From an uncultured Christensenella sp. (GTDB lineage Bacteria; Bacillota; Clostridia; Christensenellales; UBA1750): a stretch of DNA of 64,000 nt. Each line of letters starts with the position of its first letter. The first letter of the stretch is position 1. Below are positions 57,788 through 64,000 of this stretch, piece by piece. A program made the translations under genes and the position numbers. Under the pieces are notes generated by a model. The model ran no database searches, was not told the DNA's origin, and saw nothing but the letters and a program-made list of their open reading frames with translations. The stretch is taken from NCBI GenBank assembly GCA_948468595.1, contig CAOKIU010000003.1, positions 11,213 through 75,212 on the forward strand, read 5' to 3'.

Positions 57788-58750
57788 TTAATTGAGAATG
57801 CCGCTGTCGCGGATGAAGCGCATCTCGCGCTCGACGTGCGTATCCCGCGCGCCGTCGTGCTCGTTAAAGGGGTAGACGCAGATGCTCTTTTCCGAAAGAA
57901 TGCGGTTGTAGGTGGCGTAATAGCACTTGGCCGGGCACACGGGGTCCGCAAGCGCCACCGAGGCAAAGACCTTTGCGCGGATGTCCTGGGCCATGTTCAT
58001 GGTGTCAAAGTAGCTCAGCGTCTCATACGCCTTGTCAAGGTTGTCCGGGAATTTGCGCAGGTAGTCGTTGACCGCGGCAAAGGAGCCGTGCCGGCCCTGC
58101 ACGCGCGCCTCAAGGTTGCTGTTGCTGGGCACGTTGACCAGCGCCAGCTTCACACGCGGATCCAGCGCCGAGACCGCCATGCCCAGCGCGCCGCCCTGGC
58201 TCGTGCCCCGCACAAACAGCCGGTCGCCGTCGATGAAGGGCAGGGTCTCAAGCAAGTCCAGGGCCTTTTGGCAGTCCATGTACACCGCGCGGTAATAGTA
58301 CTCGTTTTTGTCCAAAATGCCCTTGCTGACGAGGTTGGTGACCATGCCGCTGCCGCTGTAGGCCGCGTCGTTGCCGGTGACGCCGCCCTGCTCGCGGCAA
58401 TCCAGGGCCAGCACCGCGCAGCCCAGGGCGGCAAAGGCCATGTGGTCAGAGGGCGCGCCGCGGCTGCCGGTAAAGCCGTGGAACTGCACCATGCAGGGCA
58501 GCTTTTCCCGCTTGACAAACCTGGGGACGATCAGCCAGGCGCTGATGCGCGTACTGTCAAAGCCGCAGTAGGAAACGTCGTAGACGTCCATGGCCGCGGC
58601 CGGATGGTCGATCTTCTCTACTTTGGCCTCCAGCGGCACGCTCAGCGCGCGCCGCCGCGTCTCCTGCCAAAATTCCTCAAAGTCGGGCCGCCGGGTCAGC
58701 GGCGGCAGATATGCTTCCAGTTCGGCGATCTTCTCTTGAAGATAGCCCAT
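57788..58750 (-). CDS. Acetyl xylan esterase / cephalosporin-C deacetylase (CE7 family)
   Basis: ATG 58750, 6 nt after GGAGGAG. CE7 layout with the nucleophile elbow GTSQGG and a C-terminal ...YPFNEHDG (His region). Confidence 0.85.
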   Translation of the reverse strand: MGYLQEKIAELEAYLPPLTRRPDFEEFWQETRRRALSVPLEAKVEKIDHPAAAMDVYDVSYCGFDSTRISAWLIVPRFVKREKLPCMVQFHGFTGSRGAPSDHMAFAALGCAVLALDCREQGGVTGNDAAYSGSGMVTNLVSKGILDKNEYYYRAVYMDCQKALDLLETLPFIDGDRLFVRGTSQGGALGMAVSALDPRVKLALVNVPSNSNLEARVQGRHGSFAAVNDYLRKFPDNLDKAYETLSYFDTMNMAQDIRAKVFASVALADPVCPAKCYYATYNRILSEKSICVYPFNEHDGARDTHVEREMRFIRDSGILN

Positions 58751-58795
58751 GTCCATCTCCTCCTTGCCAACAAGCAAATGAAATTCAAGGGGCGC

Positions 58796-60211
58796 TTACT
58801 TGACGTCGGAATCGTCAAAAATATCGCCGCATTCCGGGCAGAACTTGGGCGGATGCTCGGGGTCCTCGGGCTGCCAGCCGCACTTATCGCACTGGTAGAG
58901 CTTGGCGCCAGCCGGTTTTTTCGCGCCGCACTCCGCGCAGAACTTGCCCTTGTTCAGCTGCCCGCACTTTTCGCACGTCCAGCCTGCGGGCGCCTCCTCC
59001 GGCTTCTTTTCGCCGCACTCCATGCAGAAGTTGCCGGTGTTGACCCGGCCGCACTTTTTGCAGGTCCACTCTCCCTTTTTCGGCTCCTGGGCGGGCTTCT
59101 TTTCCCCGCACTGCATGCAGAAGTTGCCGGTGCTCTTGGCGCCGCACTTTTTGCAGATCCAGTCCTGCTGCGCCTTGTCGTCCTTAGCCGGGGCGGCCTG
59201 CTGCCGGCCCATGGCGAATAGATCGCTCGCGTTCATGCCGCCGGCGTTTGCCGCCATGTTCATGCCCGCGAACCCAAACATGGGGCCGGTGGCCTTGTTG
59301 CGGGCGGCGTCCTGCATGGCCTGCGCCTGCGCGTTGACAAGCGTGGCCGCCGCCATGTTGGGATCGCGCATGACGGCGTTCTTTTGCAGGTTTTTAATCA
59401 TCTGCTCGTCCTCTTCGGACGCCTTGACCGAGTTGATGCCGATGGAGGCGATCTCAATGCCGCGCAGCTTGGCCCACTTCTGGGAGAGCACGTCGTTTAG
59501 GGCCGCCGCCATCTCCATGGTGTGGCCGGGCAGCGCGCTGTAGCGGATGCCCATGTCCGATATCTTGGCAAAGGCGGGTTGCAGCGCGGTCATCAGCTCG
59601 CTCTTGAGCTGGCTGTCGATCCTGTCCCTGCGGTAGACGTCCGCAACGTTGCCGCAGACATTGGTGTAAAACAGCAGGGGATCGGTGATCTTATAGGAGT
59701 ACTCGCCGTGGCAGCGAATGGCAATATCGATGTCCAGGCCGATGTTGCGGTCCACCACGCGGAAGGGCACGGGGTTGGGCGTGCCGTACTTGTTGCCGAT
59801 GATCTCCTTGGTGTTGAAGTAATACACGCGCTGGTCCCTGGCGGTATCGCCGCCGAAGGTAAAGCGCCGGCCGATGGTCTTAAAGGTCTCCACGATGGAG
59901 GCGCCCAGGTTCCCATAAAACAGGGAGGGCTCCTTGGCGGTATCGTAGAGGAACTCGCCCGGCTCCGCGCAGAACTCCACCACCTTGCCCTGGTCCACGA
60001 TGATCATGCACTGGCCGTTGTTGACCGCGACGATGGAACCGTTGGAGATGATGTTCTCCTCTCCCTTGGTGTTGGAGGAACGGCTGGAGACGCGCTTTTG
60101 TCCCTTTTTGACCAGCACATCCGCCTCCAGCGCGCCGCAATAGATATACTCCCTCCACTGGTCGGCCATCACGCCGCCAATAGCGCCGCCGATCGCCTTG
60201 ATCAAGCCCAT
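58796..60211 (-). CDS. SPFH/band-7 family protein (YdjI-like, 'virion core protein-like') fused to four tandem C-terminal zinc ribbons
   Basis: N-terminus MGLIKAIGGAIGGVMADQW... with an SPFH-like body. The C-terminal 122 aa carry WICKKCGAKSTGNFCMQCGEKKP, WTCKKCGRVNTGNFCMECGEKKP, WTCEKCGQLNKGKFCAECGAKKP and YQCDKCGW...KFCPECG. Confidence 0.8.
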   Translation of the reverse strand: MGLIKAIGGAIGGVMADQWREYIYCGALEADVLVKKGQKRVSSRSSNTKGEENIISNGSIVAVNNGQCMIIVDQGKVVEFCAEPGEFLYDTAKEPSLFYGNLGASIVETFKTIGRRFTFGGDTARDQRVYYFNTKEIIGNKYGTPNPVPFRVVDRNIGLDIDIAIRCHGEYSYKITDPLLFYTNVCGNVADVYRRDRIDSQLKSELMTALQPAFAKISDMGIRYSALPGHTMEMAAALNDVLSQKWAKLRGIEIASIGINSVKASEEDEQMIKNLQKNAVMRDPNMAAATLVNAQAQAMQDAARNKATGPMFGFAGMNMAANAGGMNASDLFAMGRQQAAPAKDDKAQQDWICKKCGAKSTGNFCMQCGEKKPAQEPKKGEWTCKKCGRVNTGNFCMECGEKKPEEAPAGWTCEKCGQLNKGKFCAECGAKKPAGAKLYQCDKCGWQPEDPEHPPKFCPECGDIFDDSDVK

Positions 60212-60270
60212 AACTATCCCTCATTTCCGCGGCTGCGCCGCTTAAAGTTCTTCCGGCATTCTACAAGATG

Positions 60271-60299
60271 ATTGTACCCAATTGCGCGCCGATTTTCAA
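60271..60299 (-). promoter_or_regulatory. Sigma-A-like promoter for the SPFH gene
   Basis: Minus strand reads TTGAAA - 17 nt - TACAAT. Confidence 0.55.
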
Positions 60300-60353
60300 G
60301 ATTCTTTCCCTGAAGCGACGCTTTTTCGGGGTCAAAGCCGCGCGGCGCGGTCT

Positions 60354-60842
60354 CTACTGCGCAACGGAGGCGACCTTAGCCCCGGTATAGCGGATCAGGT
60401 CCTCCGCCGGCAGGACGATCTGCGCGCCGCGCATGCCCGCGCTCACGGCAATGGCCTCATATTCGCGGCAGCTCTCATCCAAAAAGGTGGGGTATTTCTT
60501 CTTCATGCCGATGGGCGAGCAGCCGCCCCGGATATAGCCCGTCAGCGGCGTCAGCTCCTTTAGCGGCGCCAGCTCCACCTTTTTTTCGCCCGCAAGCGCC
60601 GCCAGCTTCTTTAGGTCCACCTCGTTTTCCACGGGCAGCACGCACACCAGGGGACCGTGGCGCTCCCCCTTCAGCAGCAGGGTTTTGAATACCTGCTGCG
60701 CGGGCAGGCCGCACTTGCGCGCCACGCTCACCCCGCTCAAATCGCTCTCATCCACTTCGTAGGTCCTGACTTCAAACGCTATGCGCGCCGCCTTGAGCAG
60801 ACGCATGGCGTTGGTCGTGACCGGCTTATCCGCCAATTTCAC
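60354..60842 (-). CDS. ybaK: Cys-tRNA(Pro)/Cys-tRNA(Cys) deacylase YbaK
   Basis: 162 aa. TNAMRLLKAA, VFKTLL and TGYIRGGCSPIGMKK are YbaK family blocks. Confidence 0.88.
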   Translation of the reverse strand: MKLADKPVTTNAMRLLKAARIAFEVRTYEVDESDLSGVSVARKCGLPAQQVFKTLLLKGERHGPLVCVLPVENEVDLKKLAALAGEKKVELAPLKELTPLTGYIRGGCSPIGMKKKYPTFLDESCREYEAIAVSAGMRGAQIVLPAEDLIRYTGAKVASVAQ

Positions 60843-60869
60843 CGCATCCTTTCCGCGCTTCTGTCCCCA

Positions 60870-60898
60870 ATTATAGAATATGCGCGGCCGCCAGGCAA
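60870..60898 (-). promoter_or_regulatory. Sigma-A-like promoter for ybaK
   Basis: Minus strand reads TTGCCT - 17 nt - TATAAT. Confidence 0.45.
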
Positions 60899-60988
60899 TC
60901 GTCTGAGGGGATTATCGCGGCAAAACGGCGGATTTTTTCGTCCAACCCCGGCCTGCCTTTGGCGCGCCATGTAAAACCGGCGTTTAAC

Positions 60989-61017
60989 TTGTCATACCGG
61001 GAGCAATTGTGTATAAT
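60989..61017 (+). promoter_or_regulatory. Sigma-A-like promoter for murA
   Basis: TTGTCA - 17 nt - TATAAT, about 60 nt upstream of ATG 61078. Confidence 0.55.
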
Positions 61018-61077
61018 AAATGGAGGCTTTAAGCAGGTTACAGGGAGGTGCGCCGGCGGGCTGCCGGCTAAAGAGAC

Positions 61078-62349
61078 ATGGCTGAAATACTGAGGATATA
61101 CGGCGGGCACCGGCTCGAAGGCACCGTTGTGGTCAACGGCGGCAAAAACGCCGCCCTGGCGATCATTCCCGCGGCACTGCTCAGCAGTGAGCCGTGTACC
61201 ATTGAAAACTTGCCGCAGGTGCGGGATACCGAGGCGCTGGCCGACATCCTCAGGGAACTGGGGGCCAAGGTCTCGCTCAAGGGGTCTACCATGACCATCG
61301 ACCCGCGCGGCGTCAACTGTTCCACGGTTCCCGAGGAGCTCGCCTGCCGCCTGCGCGCATCCTATTACTTTGTGGGCGCGCTTTTGGCGTGCTTTGGCAG
61401 GGCGGACGTCTCTTATCCGGGCGGGTGCGCCATCGGCAACCGCCCCATCGACCAGCACATCAAGGGCTTTGAGGCGCTGGGCGCCAAGGTGAGCACCGAT
61501 CGCGGCGTCATCAGCGCCAGGGCGGAGGGCGGCCTAAGCGGCGCGGAGATCTACCTGGACATGCCCTCGGTGGGCGCCACGATCAACATCATGCTCGCGG
61601 CCACCCGGGCCCAGGGCAACACCACCATCGTCAACGCCGGCAAGGAGCCGCACATCGTCGACCTTGCCAACTTCATCAACGCCATGGGCGGGCAGGTCAA
61701 GGGCGCGGGCACGGACACCATCCGCATCCGCGGGGGCCGGCCCATGCACGGTTGCACCTACGCCGTCATTCCCGACCAGATCGAGTCGGGCACGCTGATG
61801 ATCGCGGCGGCCGCCACCCACGGCGACGTGCTCATCCGCGGCGCGCTGCCCACGCACATGGAGGCGCTGACGGCAAAACTGCTGGAAATGGGCGCGCGCG
61901 TGGACGAAGGCGTGGGCGAGGACAGCATCCGCGTCCGCTCCGACGGCAACCACCGCCACGTCAACATCAAAACCCTGCCCTATCCCGGTTTTCCCACGGA
62001 TTTGCAGCAGCCCATGTCCGCGCTGCTCTCCACGGCGCGGGGCACCTCCATCATCAACGAGACCATCTTTGAGATGCGCCACAAGCATTTGGAGGAGATT
62101 CGGCGCATGGGCGGCATCTCCCAGGTCAACGAGCGCATCGCCATCATCGAGGGCGTGCCCAAGCTCACCGGCTGTTCCGTCACGGCCTCCGACCTGCGCG
62201 CGGGCGCGGCGCTGGTCGTCGCAGGGCTCATGGCCGAGGGCGTGACCGACATTCACAACGTGCAGTTCATCGACCGGGGCTATGAGCACCTGGAAAAGAA
62301 GCTGCGCTCGCTGGGCGCCAAGATCGAGCGTATTACCGACGAGGGCTAG
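61078..62349 (+). CDS. murA: UDP-N-acetylglucosamine 1-carboxyvinyltransferase
   Basis: 423 aa. GGKNAALAIIPAALL and YPGGCAIGNRPID (active-site Cys). Confidence 0.96.
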   Translation: MAEILRIYGGHRLEGTVVVNGGKNAALAIIPAALLSSEPCTIENLPQVRDTEALADILRELGAKVSLKGSTMTIDPRGVNCSTVPEELACRLRASYYFVGALLACFGRADVSYPGGCAIGNRPIDQHIKGFEALGAKVSTDRGVISARAEGGLSGAEIYLDMPSVGATINIMLAATRAQGNTTIVNAGKEPHIVDLANFINAMGGQVKGAGTDTIRIRGGRPMHGCTYAVIPDQIESGTLMIAAAATHGDVLIRGALPTHMEALTAKLLEMGARVDEGVGEDSIRVRSDGNHRHVNIKTLPYPGFPTDLQQPMSALLSTARGTSIINETIFEMRHKHLEEIRRMGGISQVNERIAIIEGVPKLTGCSVTASDLRAGAALVVAGLMAEGVTDIHNVQFIDRGYEHLEKKLRSLGAKIERITDEG

Positions 62350-62369
62350 ATTATCGGGAATACATTTTG

Positions 62370-62408
62370 ATGGACAGTGGACCGCTATCGCGCCCATTGT
62401 CCATTTTT
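62370..62408 (+). terminator. Possible terminator after murA
   Basis: ATGGACA...(loop of about 21 nt)...TGTCCAT followed by TTTT. Overlaps the stop of the convergent GNAT gene. Confidence 0.35.
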
Positions 62409-62880
62409 ACACCCTCCCAATCGGGTTTGTCTCCATTGTGCCGATGAGGACAAAGCCGGCGGAAAGCGCCGCGCGGGCGGAGTGCTTGTTGCGGCTGTCG
62501 CACAGGTAAAGGAGCGGCGCGTCCACATCCTGAAGGAGCGCTTGAAGGCACGCCTTGGCAAAGCCGCGCCGCCGGTAGCGCGGGTCGGTTTCCACCGTGA
62601 TGTGCCGGACGCCCGCTTCGTCGGGCAGGCGCGCCACGGCCCAGGAGACCACTTTGCCGTCGCAAACCACGCCGCGCGCCACGCCGGCGGGCATCCTCAC
62701 CCCGCCCAGGATGGGCAGCGTCCCGTCCGGCGCTACGGTTTGCAGGGACGGCGCTTGTCTGTCTCCCGGCGCAAAGGCGAGGATCTTTTCCGCATAGGGT
62801 CCGGGGCCGCCGTATACCTTGTCCCCGATGGTGACGCGGCCGCCCTGGCCGCAGCGCAACAGCGCGGCGATTTGGCGCAT
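62407..62880 (-). CDS. GNAT family N-acetyltransferase
   Basis: Only the last 157 codons of track ORF 62407..63123 look coding. ATG 62880 lies 9 nt after GGAGG. Motif A: ITVETDPRYRRRGFAKACLQALL. Confidence 0.7.
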   Translation of the reverse strand: MRQIAALLRCGQGGRVTIGDKVYGGPGPYAEKILAFAPGDRQAPSLQTVAPDGTLPILGGVRMPAGVARGVVCDGKVVSWAVARLPDEAGVRHITVETDPRYRRRGFAKACLQALLQDVDAPLLYLCDSRNKHSARAALSAGFVLIGTMETNPIGRV

Positions 62881-62968
62881 GGGGTTTAACCTCCGTTTCC
62901 AAGAGAACGCGGTCTTGCCGCGGGGAGCCGGGCTCCATAGAAATACAAAGAAAGCGCAGGTGATCGTT

Positions 62969-64000
62969 GTGGGCAAAGCGACGGCGCGGGCCTCGGTGCA
63001 CGCGGTGGTGGAGACCGCGCTGATGGGCGGGGATCTCGTGCCCGGGGCGTCCGCCAGCCGCCTGCTGGAGGGGGTGCGCGGACACCGCTCCCTGCAAAGC
63101 GTGGAGCAGGAGGGGGTGCGCAACGAGGTTCCCGTGCGCCTGACGGTGGAGGGCGAGCAGGTCGCCCTGACGGTCTACGGGCGCATCGACCGGCTGTACG
63201 GTTTGGATACGGTGGAGGAGATCAAGACCACGCTGGACCGCTCCCCTGAGGACGCCGCGCCGCTGCACTGGGCGCAGGCCGAGTGCTACGGCCACATGCT
63301 CTGCCAGGCGGAAAACCTCCCCGCCCTCAACGTGCGCGTCACCTATTTGAACCTGACCGACGGCGACTTGACGCGCTTTACCCGCACCTACACCCGGGAA
63401 GCGCTGGCGGAAAAATTCGCGGGCTATGTGCGGCCCTACCTAGCGCATTTGGACGCGCTGACGCTGCACCGCGCCTCGCTCGGGGAGCAGATGCGCCGCC
63501 TCCCCTTCCCCTTTCCCACCTACCGGGAGGGACAGCGGGAGCTGGCGCAGGAGATCTTCCTGGCCATTCGGGACAAGCGCATGGTCATGGCGCAGGCGCC
63601 CACCGGCATCGGCAAGACCCTTGCGGCGCTCTTCCCGGCGCTCAAGGGCTTTGGCCAGGGGCTGGCGGAGCGCGTCTTTTACTTGACGGCCCGCTCCACC
63701 ACCCGGGAGGCGGCGCTCAGCGCCCTGCGCCTGATGGGGGAAAGCGACCTGCGCGCCGTAGTGCTCTACGCCCGCGAAAAGTGCTGCGCCCAGGGAACGC
63801 CCCTGTGCCGCAGCGGTCTTTGCGAGCGCGCCCTGGGCTACTACGACCGGCTGCCCGAGGCGATCCAGGCGGCGCTGGACCAAGGCGGGCCCTTTGACCG
63901 GGACGTCGTGCGCGCGCTTGCGGACCGCTTTTGCCTCTGTCCCTTCGAGCTTGCGCTGGACCTTTCCCTGGAGTGCGACGTGATCATTTGCGATTACAAC
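62969..64000 (+). CDS. PD-(D/E)XK nuclease domain fused to a DinG/XPD-family Fe-S DNA helicase (N-terminal part; continues past the window end)
   Basis: Not in the ORF track (no stop in the window). My translation: ...ASVHAVVETALMGGDLVPG...GVRGHRSLQS...YGRIDRLYGLDTVEEIKTT...AQAECYGHML (D...E.K nuclease core), then YREGQRELAQEIF...MAQAPTGIGKTLAAL (helicase motif I), then ...EKCCAQGTPLCRSGLCERA...FCLCPFE...DVIICDYN (XPD-like 4-Cys region and DEAH-box-position motif). GTG 62969 follows AGGTGA; 62960, 62915 and 62879 are alternative starts. Confidence 0.75.
   Translation, partial: MGKATARASVHAVVETALMGGDLVPGASASRLLEGVRGHRSLQSVEQEGVRNEVPVRLTVEGEQVALTVYGRIDRLYGLDTVEEIKTTLDRSPEDAAPLHWAQAECYGHMLCQAENLPALNVRVTYLNLTDGDLTRFTRTYTREALAEKFAGYVRPYLAHLDALTLHRASLGEQMRRLPFPFPTYREGQRELAQEIFLAIRDKRMVMAQAPTGIGKTLAALFPALKGFGQGLAERVFYLTARSTTREAALSALRLMGESDLRAVVLYAREKCCAQGTPLCRSGLCERALGYYDRLPEAIQAALDQGGPFDRDVVRALADRFCLCPFELALDLSLECDVIICDYN

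Noticed and set aside
62879-62968. Extending the nuclease-helicase ORF back to ATG 62879.
   Set aside because: That ATG overlaps the start codon of the divergent GNAT gene and lacks an RBS. Family-like sequence (ASVHAVVE...) begins just after GTG 62969, which follows AGGTGA. The start remains uncertain.

Overview
GC-rich (about 65% judged by eye) Firmicutes/Clostridia-type chromosomal segment. It is densely coding; I saw no rRNA, tRNA, CRISPR array, transposase or integrase.

Backbone: two classic Firmicute housekeeping arrays lie on the minus strand.
- frr-uppS-cdsA-dxr-rseP-ispG-polC-rimP-nusA-ylxR-ylxQ-infB-rbfA-nrnA-truB-ribF (57.6 down to 37.3 kb).
- M50 protease-scpA-scpB-ftsK-rimO-pgsA-cinA-recA ... 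rny (28.5 down to 10.9 kb).
- Between them sits a plus-strand block, rpsO-pnp-M16 peptidase-tepA-dusB-ABC ATPase (28.9-36.6 kb), which looks like a local inversion of the ancestral order.
- The left end carries a MarR regulator, a ktrB-lipoprotein-ktrA potassium-uptake operon and lgt. The right end carries a CE7 esterase, an SPFH/zinc-ribbon protein, ybaK, murA, a GNAT and a nuclease-helicase fusion that is cut by the window edge.

Most notable non-backbone content:
1. A plus-strand operon for a large signal-anchored CotH-kinase-like protein, a VTC (polyphosphate-polymerase-like) protein, a DUF4956 membrane protein and an MBL-fold lipoprotein (5.3-10.8 kb). I know of no experimentally established function for this module in bacteria.
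2. About 7.7 kb of accessory genes between rny and recA. These include an orphan leaderless VWA/MIDAS protein with a Cys-rich tail, a low-GC two-gene patch, and a PncA-like amidase translationally abutting recA.
3. Two different tandem-repeat arrays flanking polC. The downstream array appears to be built from decayed copies of the polC 3' end.
4. A 66-codon PASTA-like ORF translationally coupled between frr and uppS.

Gene calls rest on my own reading of the supplied translations (motifs quoted). Start codons were re-picked by RBS inspection. The promoters (17-nt spacers) and the hairpins were hand-counted and may be off by 1-2 nt.
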